Below, piece by piece: positions 1-14,945 of a stretch of DNA of 64,000 nucleotides (its first letter is position 1; every line of letters begins with the position of its first letter). The notes under the pieces are model-generated. The model was not told the origin of the DNA and did no database searches. It saw only the letters and a program-made list of their open reading frames with translations. The stretch is taken from contig MU054323.1 of NCBI GenBank assembly GCA_013239625.1, positions 17,674,029-17,738,028 on the forward strand, given 5' to 3'. The translations under genes were made by a program, and so were the position numbers. This DNA is from Lama guanicoe (lineage: Eukaryota).

Positions 1-830
1 AAAAACCTAATTGGAGCAGACACAGAGACAATTAGTAAATCAAATGACAGATCTGGAACAGCAAGGAGAGACAGAGATAGAAGAAAATTTTAAAATCATG
101 ATATCTCGTAGAGACATCTCATGAAAGAGAGATTACCATATGATTTAATTAAAGTTTCAGAAGGAAAGAATAGAAAAAAAAAATGGAGAGGAAGTAATAT
201 TCCAAGAGACTGGCTGAAAAATTTCCAAAATGGATAGAAGACATAAGACCTCAGACTCAGGAGACCCAAGTCACAAGGATGATAAATAAAAAAGAAATTG
301 ATATCCAGACACATCATATGAAGCTGCAAAGCACCAAAGACAAAGAGGTGATCTTTAAAACCAATCAGAGAAAAAGGAGTCTGATTATCTACAAAGGAAC
401 GACAATTACACTTCTCACAGAAACAATTTAAGTCAGAATAATAAATACTGTGCTGAGAGAAATTAAGTCAACCTAGAATGATATTCCCAGGTGAAAACAT
501 CATTCAAGAAACAGGATAAAAAAATGTTACTTGCCAAACAAAAACTGAGTCTACCACGAAAAGGCATACATTTTTCTAAAGTGTATTTCAGGATTAAAAA
601 AGAATCAGAAGGAAAATGTAAAATGCAAGGAGTAAAAAAAATCAAATAAAATGTCAATCTTGGATCAATATAAACAAATACTAATGACTGTGCAGACTAA
701 TAGTAATAATGATAATAATATCTAATATATGCAGGTTTTTAAAAGCCAGAACTCAAATATTGAACAAAGTGGCATGTAAATGGGAAGGTGTGATTGACAT
801 TTAAGTGCTCTATGGACCATGTATTGTTTA
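1..830 (+). mobile_element. Old L1 (L1M-type) ORF1 / inter-ORF remnant
   Basis: A-rich, with typical ORF1 motifs ggctgaaaaatttccaaa, tccagacacatcata and tcaacctagaat...atattcccag. Confidence 0.7.
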
Positions 831-953
831 GGAAGTGTGTAGACTCAGTGAGTAATTTGCAGTCCTAGGTTAGACATATGTATTAACTATTTATTTATTT
901 ATTATTAATTAATTAATTAAAGAGTAACTTCTAGATAAGAAATGTAGTATATG

Positions 954-1176
954 GCAGTGACTCTTAATTAAGGAGGATGCTACCCCCAAATGATATTATA
1001 GCAAGGAAGTGTCTGGAATGTGTGAAGGCATTCTGAGTTATACCAATAACTGGGGATGACAACGGCATTGGGTAGGTGGGAGCCAAGGATTTTAAACATC
1101 CTGCTGTGCCTGCAAAGTGCCACACAATGATACAGTCCTGGCCAAAATGCCAACAGCCCTACACTGAGAAATACTG
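954..1176 (+). mobile_element. MER20-like hAT-Charlie MITE
   Basis: cagtgactcttaa ... gccaaggattttaaacatcct ... gccaaaatgccaacag ... tgagaaatactg resembles the MER20 consensus and its terminal inverted repeats. Confidence 0.65.
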
Positions 1177-1234
1177 TATATACCTTCCAAAAATGAATTT
1201 CCAATTCAGCATGGAATATAAACAATTCAGTAAA

Positions 1235-1395
1235 AATCACCTTAGATATGCTTTTAATGTACAGATTCTTGGGCTTCATACATAACAGATTCTGAATCAA
1301 CAGGGCTGAGATGAGACCCAGGAACTCATGATTTTAATAACCACACAGGTGACTGTGATGCACTTGTCCATCAATGACACTTTTGAGAAACACTG
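1235..1395 (+). mobile_element. MER5-like hAT-Charlie MITE
   Basis: acagattctg...caggtgactgtgatgca...cacttttgagaaacactg. Confidence 0.6.
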
Positions 1396-2397
1396 CAGCC
1401 TAATGAGGGTGAAGCGGAAGATGAATGGGGTTTCAGAGACTCCTGAGACAGGGAGAGGCTCTGCAGCAAGAGATGCCCAGCGCTCAGGAGAAATCCAGCA
1501 GCAGGGAGCACGTGGCGGCAGAAGTTCACAGGCACATACCGTAAGGTGTCTCCAAGTCAGAAACTGCAGATTATAAGGGAAAGTATTCTTCTAAACTTAA
1601 TAACAATATAAGTAGAACAGTGCTTTCTCATTACGTAAGATGCTTTTTCATTTAAATACTGGAAATGAAAATACAATAGAATGGTTCAGGGACACCATCA
1701 GTTAAACAATTCAATCCACAGCCTACAAATGGACCACCTATAAAACAGATGGGAAGGTCTTTCTTTAGAAGTCCTGGCCATACCCCGACCTACACCCTTT
1801 GAGTAAGTGCTCTTCATATATCAATTCCTAACAGTTGGCATGCGACTGCAATGGAGCAGCAGAATAGTATTTCTAAAAGATAATAAATATGTTCTGGGAA
1901 AAAAAAGAGTTCCTTCGTTAAGTAAGTACCCACTGTATTCTCCTCCTAGAGAGTAACAATGCACAACAGCACATTAAAAGATTCTGAAGATTCTATAGTA
2001 AGAACTTGCCTGACTCCACATACCCTCCAAGATCTGATTAAGGACTCCCAACATTCCCCTGTCTTTATTAGGAAATTTAAGATTTATAAAAATATATTCA
2101 GTGCTGTATCTGTGGTGCCTAGGACAATGTCTGGAACACAACAGGCACTTAAAAGATGTCTGCTGAATGAGTAATTAAAATCATATGCACGCGGTAAATG
2201 TTTAAAAACTAGTCTGGGGGACAAGGGCAGAGCAAACCTTGACTGGCAGTATGCATTTTGGCCTTGTAAACACTCCTACCATGGCAATCATAAGGTACCA
2301 ACTGGACATCTCTGAACACTGGCTTAGGAAGAGACGCTCATAATTTCACTGGCACAAAAAGGCTCAGGGACACCGACAATTAAAATGCTAAAATATA

Positions 2398-2515
2398 GGG
2401 GGAGTATAGCTCAGTGGTAGAGTGCAAGCCTAGCACTCTAGGAAGCACAAGGTCCTCAGTTCAATTCCCAGTACCACCATTGAATAAATAAACAAATAAA
2501 CCTAATCCTCCCAAC
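2398..2515 (+). mobile_element. tRNA-derived SINE, Vic-1-like (camelid)
   Basis: Head GGGGGAGTATAGCTCAGTGGTAGAG (A box), degenerate B box AGTTCAATTCC, A-rich tail. TSD aaaatgctaaaat(a/g)ta at 2382-2397 and 2516-2531. Confidence 0.9.
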
Positions 2516-2789
2516 AAAATGCTAAAATGTAGCTTATTTTATGCAAATACAGAATACCACCTTACTAACCAGTATTCAGAGTAATGAAGTCTGAGTTTTC
2601 CAGGTAATGGGATAATGTTAAATGGCAAACGTGTATTTTTTTAATTCAAAGAAATACTGTGTATTTAATAGTGTGCAGTACAAAATTTAGCATTTTCTGT
2701 TAACTTAGTATTGTCAATTATCTATAAACTCATACAGTGATGCTCTTCAAGGCTACTGAGGTATGGAAAGCTACCTGCCCCTTTACTAA

Positions 2790-2955
2790 ATCATGGATTC
2801 TTAACCTGGACCCATGGATGGGCTTCAAAGAACCCAAGAATTCCCTGACACTGAATGTAAACGGATACATGTTTACACATCTTTCTAGGAAGAAAGTCTA
2901 CAACTTCCATCAGGTAATCCCAAAGGTATCCCTAACCCAGAGGTTAAGAAGCACA
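2790..2955. mobile_element. hAT-Charlie-type MITE
   Basis: Terminal inverted repeats ttcttaacct ... aggttaagaa. Confidence 0.5.
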
Positions 2956-4559
2956 TCTCCAAATACATCTGAGTGTTCTGCTTGCTTAATCTGAAGGATT
3001 TTGGTTTCTCCCTCTCTCATTAGGTTGTCAGTGGTTACTTCTTACTGCCAGTGTGCTGCTTAGGACGTTCTCACCTCCTAATTGCTCTGGGTTAGAGAAA
3101 CTGATAAGCGAACTTGTAAGAAAATGTATTTTAATTAAATCACTGAGGAATGTACTTACAAATATAGTGAACAAAAAAATAAAACCATGAAAACTGGTGG
3201 CAAATATATGTCAAATTAACTGAATATTCTCAATGCAGATAATCAGTGGTCCAGATTAATTATAAAACACACAAAATATTCTACCCTCTCACTAGAAGCC
3301 ATCTGCATATTTTAAGAAAATTTCTACCTTACAAAAGAATATATCCTTCAAATACATCAGTCATGAGGCCTAGCACCTATCCATTTGAGAACCTCATTTT
3401 TGCTTGTAATAATCAGAATTCAACCATTTTTTAAAAAGCTATGTAACTGTCAACTTCATCTTTTAAATCTGAAAGTCTGTTTAGATCTGGGATGGGTAAA
3501 CAAATTACTGGAGTATGTGCCTGGATGAGGGCTAGATTGATATCTTTCACTAAAATCAGTGCTATTAAGACATAAGCTTTTTTCATGACACAAAATTCAA
3601 TACATTTATAAGACAAATAGGCTAACTTTGCTTCATGAAATCTATGAATGTTACTTTCACAAAGCACTCTCAGCAACAACATTAGAAACTCTTTTATTAT
3701 TATTATATAAAAAATTTTCTACTATCATTCCTCCTTTCACTAAAAGCTCACGTATTACAGGAGAATGACCAATATGAATACCTCTCTTTTCACATTTCTC
3801 CTCTGTCCCCAAAACCCTTCAGCCGCATCTCATTTGCTTCTGTTATTGCAGAAGTTACTTCAATTATACTTCGATGATCTCAGAGGATAAACTGAGAAGA
3901 GGCCAACAGAAGGCAGGACAACCTCTAAGGACATATTGTATTAGAGTAGGCCTTAAATGATGACTGCCTGAGCTAAAGTAATTTAATGGGAATGGACAGA
4001 AATGGTTAAAAAAAATGCTACTGTATTCCAAATTTTCTGGTTTGTGGCTGTCCAGAGCCAAAATCAACAAGACTCACATTAAATTTGTTTAAGCAATTAT
4101 TTTCAAGAATTAAACAGCTGCACTGTCAATCTAGAGGTGTCCAGAACAGTCCTTGAAGGCAGGGCCACAGTGGAGTAGGACCATTCCTCCCCAATAAAGC
4201 TGGACCTGAGCTCATGCAGGCTGCCAAGTATCCAGACAGCGTATCCTCAAATAAGTTATAAAAGAGCTTGGCCAGATGGGCAGGAAAAAAAAATGTAAGA
4301 ACAGATTATGGAAAAAAGACCAATTCAGAGAATAAGACAGGGAGAATGTGTTTATGAGGCCAAACTTAAGACCAAATAGAGACAGGCATGGTAGAGGTTA
4401 GAAACCCAGATCATTGACAATAACTGAAACTGATGTCACCAATGCTGATGAATATTATTTTCAGGTACCACGTTCTGGTGGGACAGCTTGTGGCTTCTCA
4501 TGATAATCTCACAATGGTCTTTAAGGGCTAAAGCAAGGAAATTGGACAATGAAAAGTAG

Positions 4560-5330
4560 CAACATATATGACTATATACAAATTAAGAATTCTACATGGG
4601 AAAATAAATACACAGAAAATAGACAAAGGGAAATATTAAAAAGCAACTTATAGAAAAAATCTAAACAATAAATATTACTAAAAAATTACCAACCTCAGTA
4701 AAAACCAAAGAATGCAAATTAACACAATAAATACATATCCTAGCATATCAGTTTTGTAAAACTCAAATGAATGAATGACATGAATGGATGGAAAAAACAT
4801 AAGGAAAATGAAGATTCCCACATGTTCAGGATGGGGGTATATAATGGAACAATAATTTTTAAAGGAACAATTCTTAATATCACCATTTAAAAACACATAC
4901 CCTTTGACCTAACAATTTCACTTCTAACAAGCTATTCCACAAATATTCTACAAAATGTACAAAGATGTGTATATATAAATGCTTGCTGCAACAAAGGTTA
5001 TAAGAAAACTAAAAACAACCTAAATGTCCACTATTAGGAAAATGATTAAATTATGGTAAACTCATACTATGAAATCCCACAGGAGCCTTATGTACTGACA
5101 GAATGAGATTTCCATAACATGGTACTGAAATAGAAGAGCAAGATGCGTGATAAGACAGTATTAAAAATAAAACATGTATGAGTATGCAGCATACACATAT
5201 GTAGAAAAACATCAGAAATGAACACATAAATCAGCAACCAGTGGTTAGATACAGATAACAGGAAGGAGGTGAGAGGAAAGGACTTTCACTTTTTTTAGTT
5301 TTGATTTTTTAAAGCATACATTATTTGAGG
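4560..5330 (+). mobile_element. Old L1 (L1ME-like) ORF2 end and 3' UTR
   Basis: ccctttgacctaacaatttcacttcta and aaacaacctaaatgtcca motifs. Confidence 0.7.
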
Positions 5331-6254
5331 AACAAAAAGAAGCATAAGTATAACATGTTGTGCTAATAACTTTCAAAAGCACAACAATCTATATACAACA
5401 TAAAGAATTGCAAACAAGAAACTAATGATACAATTCATCTACAATTTCAGCTACATTATTCAAAGTACTAGCAGATTCTCAGTCTCTCAACCTCTGAAGG
5501 CTTTAAGTGGTACCATGTCACACACAGAGCCAAATAGAAGCACAAAGATTTTAGTTTTATGGTTTTCCATGAAAACGTAAGAGAATGTCCCTAAAGCTTC
5601 TAATTCAAAAGGCACAAATTTATATGAAGCCATGCAACTTTGCTAAACCACATGTTATTTTCCAGTTAGTAATCTTGGCATTTCAAAGCATGCATATTTA
5701 AAGATGAAATATTATAAGAAAAACAACAACTCATGAGACTGACAGAAGGATTACGTTAACTTTATCAGAGCACTCATTTCAGATCATGGTCTAACAGTTT
5801 CGCAATGCTGATACCAGGCTCTTTCAGTGATTTTTGCCAATTTCCACTCCAGTAACAATTCCTAGCGTGAAGCAGATGAAAACCAGCAACCTCTTTCATG
5901 TGTGTTAATAATACCAGATGGGCTCAAAAAGTATAATCAATCTTTGATTATTACAAAATATCCTACAACCTTCAAAAAGTACCATATTTGCTAATTAGAA
6001 CAAGCTAATAACACTTGAATAAGGTGTTTTGTTCCTAAAATGGTTTGTTTTTGGATATCTTTAATAAAATATTAACTCACACCAATAGTATATTTTTAGC
6101 ATCCCAATACAACAGGATATTTGTTTTACGTAATTTTACAGCTTTCCTACCTGGAAATATTTTGTCCCTGATTCAACATATGCACCATGGTGCTACTCAG
6201 AATATGATGATGGTACCACGTCAGCAATGAACACGAAAGAACTGCCTCTCACCA

Positions 6255-6440
6255 AGCACTCACTATGTGCCTGGCATTGTGCCAGAGCTTTATGTGCAAA
6301 GCTCATTTACTCCACAATGACCCTATGAGGTAGGCTTTATTATTAAACCTGTCTTATAGATGACATAACTGGCACTCAGAGAAGTTAACAAATTTGAACC
6401 CAGGCTGTCTTGATTCCAAAAAGCTATGTTCTTAATCACC
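6255..6440 (-). mobile_element. MIR SINE
   Basis: cactcactatgtgcctggcattgtg ... ccctatgaggtagg ... atttgaacccaggctgtcttgattccaaa. Confidence 0.75.
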
Positions 6441-8639
6441 AAGTTACCCATAACCAGGAATGTTACTCAAAAAAAGATTATTTGAAAATGAATGTTCATT
6501 ATGCAGACACCACATACACTGTCAATTGCCTTAAATAAAATTAAACATTCAGCTGTGAATTTCGCTTGTGCCTAGATTTCATTTTTGAGAAAAAACATTA
6601 GAGAAAGCTTAACAATGCATCAATTGCTTCACTTAACAAATACTGAGTGCCAGGCTCTATGGAAGATGTTCTTTATAATGAGCTCTTGGGGGAAGACAGT
6701 CTAACGTGGAAGAAAAACAAATACAGAACTGGAACTCGTGATATGTGCTGTAGGAATAACTGGGAATCTTCTTTAGATAATCAGGAATTTGGGGACGGGT
6801 TCTCTGATGATACAATTGGGATCTGATATTATGCATAAAATATATGTTTTTTGATCAAGATTTTGTACTTCTGAAGGACAAACACATTAAAAAAAAAACA
6901 CTTTTATTTCCTAACTCTTAGTAACCTAAAGCAAAAAACAAACGATTGGATCCACTATTACAGTAGCTAGAATCTATCATTTTAGTTAAGAGCAAATACA
7001 ACACTGGTAGTTCAGCCACACACTGATGAAATGAAACAACTCTCTAGCATTCCGACACCTTTTTTAAAAAAAGAAAGAAAGAAAGAAAGGTGATGTCATT
7101 GTTTCCATTCAAGAAATAACACCAACTCACAATGAAGTACTAATATCATAACGTGCAATAAACCCAATTGCAAGGGGCTCTCAATGTGTGAAAAACACCA
7201 CAGAGTGGAAAATAATAACCTGCTGTTGACAAAACTAAAACAAGTACATAAAAAGTGGATTTTATGAAACAACCTACACACATATAGACATTTTTAACTC
7301 ATAATGGCTTTAACTAGGCTATAGTAAGTAGCTTTTTCCATTACCTGATAATACTGGCTTTGGTTTACTTTGTCAATCAATACATCCAGTCAACCATCAG
7401 ATTTTCACTAATTACATCATATCTAAAAAGGAAAGTGGAATGCCTCTGAAACTATTCTCTTATACAAAAGAGGAATTACATACTTTGACTTGTCTGGACT
7501 ACACTATCAGCTTACTTTCTCGCTTTTCAGTGCCATTCAGTTTGTCTCTAATACTTCACTGCCTTTGTTTTTTCAGGCTGAATGTAATTCCCAAATGTAA
7601 GGCCAAACATATTACCCTATTTGTCCCTTATCATTTACTACTGTGACATAACAAGACTTTTGCTAAAATCTACTGTGGCACTTTACACGTACTCCAATGT
7701 TCAATCTTCTCACTTTTCTCACACTCATCATACAAGGAATCAGAAATCCAATGCTACATTACAAACAGCTTGGAAAATATTGTGTCAAATAATTCTCCCC
7801 ATTTGTTTAGTAAAAAAAAAAAGAGAGAGAGAAAGAAAAAAAGGAGGGACTGACATCTCAATTACTCTTCAAAGTATTTTCTGATATATCGGCTTTATTT
7901 AAAACCTGAAAAAATTCAGTATCCACAAGACTAGAGCTGTTTAAAAAGCCCCTGACAGCCTAATACACCACAGTACTCTCGGGTAAATAAAAGACAATAC
8001 AGTTTACATTTCTGAACTTCTAGGAATAGTTTCTTACTCCAGACAATGTATTTTAGCTTCAGGCTCCAAGCTTTTAATAGAGCAGAAAGCACTTTTTATA
8101 AAACAATTTTAGCAAATATTCTAGCCCAGAAACAGTACCCTCTCTTCACTTATAAGAGACCATGATTACCATCTGAGAGATATAGATTATTTTTCTAAAA
8201 TGTGAAAGATCATAAAATTCTTAAAGTAGGGCCTAACATTGCAAAGTCTTGATCAGTCACAGTATAAACCTGCCTTGAAACACTCTTACAGGTTCCCTAT
8301 ACTTGCTATTTGTATAAAGAAAAAAGAACTGTATTACACCAGATGAAGCTTTTATGAGATACATTATAGATACATTACTAAATTATTCAAAAACAAACAT
8401 ACTCAGTTATTTGACTTAAGTTGCATCAATAACCAGTAAATGTTTGGATTTCATAACCCCCTTAACATACCCAAATTTCAAATCAAAGAAATGATTCCTT
8501 CTCAACTTGCTAGGGTTCATCATGCTACATATCTACACTAGAGGTGCAGTGTAATAAGGTTTCTCAACCAAGACTTTAGTACCAAAAAAGATCTTTTTAA
8601 TTAAAAAGCTATATAGTACCCACCAACTCTTTCAAATGC

Positions 8640-10030
8640 GTTTTAAAAGAATACTAAAAATTACTGACCACAAACATAAGGGAATTCAGTAAGACAGTAA
8701 GCCATAAAATGAATATACAGAAACAGCCTTCATATATACATATATGCAAACAACAACACAAGATTGAAAGGAAGAAGAGACCTCATTTCAAATAAGAAAA
8801 GTAAAATATTTGTACATTTTCACTTAACTAGAATGTGCAACTAATGAAGAAAACTTTTAAAAATCTTTAAAAATGAAAATAGAATTGAATGAAGGGAAAG
8901 CTATAACCATATTCTTGGAGAGAGAGACTAAACATCATAAAGGCATCAATTTTTCTTACGGTTATTTATGATTTACACAAACCCAGTAAAAATACCAGCT
9001 TATTTTTCCTCCAGGAACTACACAGGCTGATTCTAAAGAACTTACTGAAAAATAAATAAGCAATAATTGGCAGGGAAACTCTGAAAAAGATAAGCAAACA
9101 ACTCTAACAGATATTAAAGCATATTTTGTAAAGCCCCAAGAGTTAAAACAGTATAGAAGTGGCAAATGAATGGGACAGATCAAGGGATATATAAAGTCCA
9201 GAAACAGAGCCAAAGTTTCCAGAAATAGACAGTCTGATAGAAAATGTAAGCATATAAGATCCTTAACCTAACTCACAATAACAGAAATGCAAATTAAAAA
9301 AAATACACTGAGATAGCATTTCTCATCACAGGCAAAATCTGATGTAAGTCCAACCACACTCTCATCAACCTGTGGGGATACAGGTGCTCAAAGGCCCCTT
9401 ACATACTACTGATAGGAATGCAAAATGCACAACACTTCTACAAAGGGAATCCAGTAATATCTACCAAAATTACAGATGCATTTACCCTTTTACCTAGGAA
9501 ACATTTCTAGGAACCTAAATAAGATACCTACATACATAGGAAATAACAAATTAATAATAAAGTTACTCTTTACAAAACTATTTGTAATAGCAAAAAACTA
9601 AACACATTCAAGTGCTTGGCAACAGAACTGGTTGAATAAACTATGCCACATACACACAACTGAATACTATGCAGCCAAAACCAAACAAATAAAAAGAAAG
9701 ATCTTTATGTACTGATATGGAGAGAGCTCCAAAGTATAAAAATGAAAAACAAAATAAAACTACAAAGTGAAGAATATTAGTATGTTACTTTTTGAGTGAA
9801 AGGATGAGGAAAACAAGAATACACATTTAATTAGCTATCTGCATAAAGAAAGTTGGAAAGAATAAACAGAAATCTGTAAAAACAACTACATGCTTGGGAG
9901 AGGATTGGATGGGGATGGGTAAGAGCAAGTCTTCTCAAGGTACATACATTGTTTAAAACAGCATTTTGATTTCTGAAACATGTAAATAAATATATTCTCT
10001 ATTCTAAAAATTGTAAGTCAACAATTAAAC
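8640..10030 (+). mobile_element. Old L1 ORF2 / 3' UTR fragments
   Basis: gaaatgcaaattaaaa...ctgagatagcatttctca and tggttgaataaactatg...tgaatactatgcagcc. Confidence 0.7.
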
Positions 10031-11965
10031 TTGAAATTAAAAGATAACAAGAACTTGGTGATTTGGTTAATGTTTGGTCAAAAAATTTATTGGACCATGG
10101 TATAAGCCTTTCCTCTGAGTGATACTTAAAGGAATTAACTGATCACTGTGTGAAACATCAATGCAATCAAATCTGTCTATATGCTCATACCAAATTTCAA
10201 AGTAATCTATTAAAACCAGAGGACCTCTGGCACTTTGAAAACTTACATTGCAAAAAGCACACTATAGGCCTAGATGGAGACACAGTTGCACTTCACATGT
10301 CAGTAAGAAGTCAGTAGGCAGAGCAAACGCTTGTGCCAGGCAGTAAATACTTCTGACAATGTAGACAAAGGCTTTAATAATAGCCAGCTCAGTGCAGGTC
10401 AGGTTAGGATTATGCTAAAACTGGCAGGGTGGCAGTGGTATGTGGCAGCTTTCTAGCCAGTCAAGGAATGAAAGCATAAGAGGAAAGGCCACTCCAGTGT
10501 TTGCCACAGTCTCTTCTCCCAGAGAACAAAAAAGGACACGGGAAGCACCTTTCTTCCATCTTTGGGGTAACTAGGGGTTTTGTTTAGAACCAGGAGAGGA
10601 AAGCAAATTCTACCTGTAGCACCTCACTAACATAAGTCGAAGTGGCCCATTTAAAAAGAATTTTAGGGGCTAATTAGTGAAATGAAAGGTAAGATGGAAG
10701 GCTGCCCCAGCTGCCTGGGAGCAGGGTCAGATAAACCTGGCAATGACTTCCAGAGAATCAGAATCCAAGTCACAGTCACATCACTCAGAGAAATCTGAGT
10801 ACTTACAAAGAACTGTGCCAAAAATTTAAGGGCTCTGATTACAAGCATACGTTTTAGTGTTTATTACAAGAGACTGCTCTGAGTAGGATCTTTGTTCTGC
10901 TATCTAAGATCTAGCTGGGTAAATAATATTTATATGGGGGTGGGTTTAATCTGATTTTTTAAAGGTATTTTATATTTCTGGATATGTTTAAAGGCATATT
11001 CACAAAAACAAAACCAAGCTGGTGTTTAGAAACAAGAACTCAGTTCTGCAACAACATAAGCAGACAATTTAGCAAGAACCCTCTTCAAAGTTCAAGACCA
11101 AACTAGACAATGCCACTTGTCCCCCGTATACCTCAACTTCCACCCTCCCTCTCACCAAATCCTGCATTCCTCAGGTGTAACACTACTGGGCAATAAAATA
11201 CCATCCAAACCAGAATCTTATAACCCAATACCTTAACCTTTCTCTGAGACTCCCCACCTCTCATTCACAGGATGATAAATGTCTGCTCAATCTTCTTACT
11301 GCTGTTTCCATTCCTAGTGCCCCAAGGTGCAGGCCGCTATCATCTCCTCTCCGGAATACTGCAACGGTTTCCAATCTGGACTGTCTTGACTTTTACAATC
11401 CACGCATCCACCAGGCTTTCACTTTTATTAGAATGAGTGGCTCATAACATTCCATTATGAGTTTAAAAATATCTGCTATATTGGTAAGTATACCCTCTTT
11501 TTGTTCTTAATAACAATCAATCAATAAATACTATCTTATGCCTTCTCTTTTATTTTTTAGGTGACCCTGTCAGAAACTTGTCTTTTTTCACATATTTTTT
11601 CAAACATCCGGCTTTAGGGTTTATGGACAGCACGCACACACTCTCTCTCCTTCCCTCCCTCCCTTGTTCTTCCTCTGTTTTTCTACTTAATTCCTGTCCA
11701 TCCTTTTTGTTTCCATGTCTTCCAGTGCTTATGAGTTTACTTTTTTTCTAATTGTTGGGGCAAATGCTTAATCATTTTATTTTTTGTTCTTTCTTGTGTT
11801 TAATAAATGAATTTGCAACTGAAAATTACAACTGCAAGTCCTGCCTGTTTCACCTATGGCCATAGTTTTGATAATTTTCCACTGACATAATTACTGTATA
11901 ATTTTTATTGTAATTTCCCTTTTAACTAGTGAGTAATAAAGTGGTTTTTTAGTTTCCAAAAGGAT

Positions 11966-13300
11966 GATACTTGGCCAAGATAGAGTAGCCAGGACCAGTT
12001 TTACCCTTCCCTCCGAAAAAAACTGAATAAGTGAAATTTTAAACAGTGGTTTTTAGGCATTGAACTTCAGACAGTAAACTACAGTGATTCCTGAAAATAG
12101 AAAAAGAAAGCCAGAGCTCTACAACTGTCCCAGCTTACAGTCTAGAGATAATTTTCAGGCATGAGTGCGGGGTGGGGAAATCCACATGGAGTCTGATGGT
12201 CTCCCCGAATCAAGGAGATGGAGCTCGGAATGTGGAGAAACCAAGGCCGCTAGAGTCACTGGACACAGTTGCAGAGCGGAGAGAACTGCAGAGAGAGATA
12301 GTTTCAGGAATCTGCAGGGTCCATCTCCATCTCTAGTTCTCAGCTCAGGACTGACCCCCGGGACACGAGGCCTAAAACAGAACTACCAGGAAGGAGGTGA
12401 GAGGACAATTCCCAAAGTTCCCTAAGGGCCAGAAAGAGTTCATGGTCCCACCAGCCAGAGTAGAAAACCTCGCAGCTTGGCAATGGGTAAAAATACTCAG
12501 AAAGATATCACCTCAGTACTGGGAAAAATTAGCCCTAAGTTACAGGCTGTTCTGTTTCCATCTAACTCAGCTTTAAAACAAACCTCAAAAAGATGTTTCC
12601 AAAGTAACTTCACTATACCACAGAACAAAGCTCAAGAACATTAACAAGAATACAAAAATATCCAACACATTTAAGGCAAAATTTACAATGTCTAGATCCA
12701 CTAAAAATTACTGAACGCATAAAGCACTAGGAAAACACAACCCATAAAACGAGAAGGAAAATCGATCAAAAACAGAGTCAAAAAAAGAATTAGTAGACAA
12801 GGACATTAAAATAATAAATACTTTATTAGACTAATATAATAAAGGACAAAAAATAATAAAATAATATAACTATATTCCATATGTTAAAGAAAGTAAAGAT
12901 TGAGCAAGTTAACTAGAAATACAGACTATGAAAAAGATCCAAACCATACTAATAGATGAAAATTAAAATAATGGAGGTAAAATATACACTGAATAGGATA
13001 ACAGCAGATTAGACACCACAGCTGAGAAAGATCAGTGGACTGAAAAAATAGCAGATATAAACTATGCAAAATGAAACAGAGAGAGAAAAAAGACTGGAAT
13101 AAAATGATCAGAGAGTCAGTTAGCTGCGGGACAACTTCAAGCAGCGAAATAAACAGGTAACCAGAAAATTTTTTTTAATAATGGTCAAATTTGTTCCAAT
13201 TTGATGAAAACTACAAATCCACAGATCCAAGAAACCTTAATTAACTCCCAGCACAAGAAATACGCAGAAAAACATTAAAGCACATCATAATCAAACTGAA
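11966..13300 (+). mobile_element. Old L1M 5' UTR and ORF1 fragment
   Basis: acttggccaagatagagta start, followed by ORF1-like acagcagattagacac and cacagatccaagaa. Confidence 0.65.
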
Positions 13301-13309
13301 CTGAAATCA

Positions 13310-13825
13310 AAGGCATATAAACAAATCTTCAGGGATGAGGGATGCCTTCTAAATTAGATTGTAGAGATAACTGCACAACTTCACAAATTTACTAGAAATC
13401 AGTCTGTTAATACAGTCCTGAGTAATTCTTATGCTTTGTAAATGGAACACTACTCAACAATAAAAAGGAATAAATACTGATACACTCAACAACACAGATA
13501 AATATCACAATAATTAAGCTAAGTAAAAGAAGCTGGACAAAATAGTACATACTCTATGATTCCATGCACATAAAAGTCTAGGAACTGCAAACTAATCTAA
13601 ACTGACAGAAAGTAGATCAGAGGTTGCCTGGGAACTAGCTAGAGGCCAGAAAGGTCAGGAGCAAGAAATATAATATGGGGACACAATAAACTTTTGAGGA
13701 TATGTATACGTTATTATTTTGATTGCTGTGATGGCTGTGGCTTCACAGGTATATACACATACATCAAAACTTGTCAAATCACACAGTTTACTGTATGTCA
13801 ATTACACCTCCAAAAAGCATTTTTT
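13310..13825 (+). mobile_element. Old L1 3' UTR fragments
   Basis: atggaacactactcaacaataaaaaggaa, gacagaaagtagatcagaggttgcctggg, gtatgtcaattacacctc. Confidence 0.75.
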
Positions 13826-14719
13826 AAAAGGGAAAAAATTTTAAAAGTCATTTCCACAGTGTTAACTTTTCTTGGCATCCTAACGCAGAATTTCTACTCG
13901 TACCATATCACAGAACTTAAAATATACTTCTAAAATAAAATCACACTGTTATTATGGTTATTTGTATGACTGTTTTCCCTGTTAAGGCTGTGAGCTCCTA
14001 GACTGCCTTACTTGTGTTTTTATACCCAGGAATCCATAGAGTGGTGCTTATACATAATAAGTGTACAATATGTGTACAATTAGTTGAAATTCTGTTTAAT
14101 TTTTAAAAACCAAACACAGACTCTTGAGTGAATAGAACTGAAGGTATGACAAAAGGCACTGGATGGGAATCCCAATAAAAATCCACTTGAAGTTGCAAAA
14201 TTCAATGTTTCACTATAAACAGCTAGTTTGCATTTCCCAAAGTGTGTTCTGGGGAACTGGGATATTATAGTCATTAGGTTAAAAAAATGTGTTTAGATTT
14301 ATGATCAATTAGTTTAGAAAAATAACTGATCAAAGTTAAAAAGTACATCTGTTACGGGAGTTTTCAGAATCTTCAATATGCTAATACATACTGTGAATCT
14401 GCATGTGGAGGAAGGGACTAGCAGCATTTCCCAATCTTATTTGTTTACAGAATCGTTAATCCTTTAATTAAGGATCATTTTAAGAATCTAATGCTCCAGA
14501 AAACAAATTTTGGGAAACTACACTAATGCACCAAACAAGGTAAGAAAAGAAGAATCAAGTCAGAGGAAAACATACTTCCAGAGGCAAAATCAACTGACAG
14601 CCAGAAGGTCAGGGACCTGGAAAAAAGACAAAATAGCTCTAGAGGAGAACAAAATGTCAGCGATTCCTAGCTGCAGAGTCACTGCCATCTCCCCTCAGCT
14701 ACACACTGAATACTAACTA

Positions 14720-14945
14720 TAGCAGTTAGTCTTCCTCCAGAATATTTACTGAGCTTCTCCTGTGTTCCAGGGACCACACCAGAAGTCAGAGATAAAACAA
14801 TGAATAGGACAGAGGCCCCTGATCCCACAAAGCTTACATGCCAGTGGTGGGAAACAAACACAAGAAAATATCAGATTGATTAGTGCTCTGCAGGAGGAAA
14901 AACCCCAGATGATGTGACAGAGAGAATATGATTGAGACAGGCTGA
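14720..14945 (-). mobile_element. L2 3' fragment
   Basis: aatatttactgagcttctcctgtgttccagg...cttacat is the typical reversed L2 tail. Confidence 0.6.

Noticed and set aside
2398..2480. tRNA-like sequences here and at the five other SINE heads
   Set aside because: They carry A-rich tails, mostly clear TSDs, and degraded stems, so they are SINEs, not tRNA genes.
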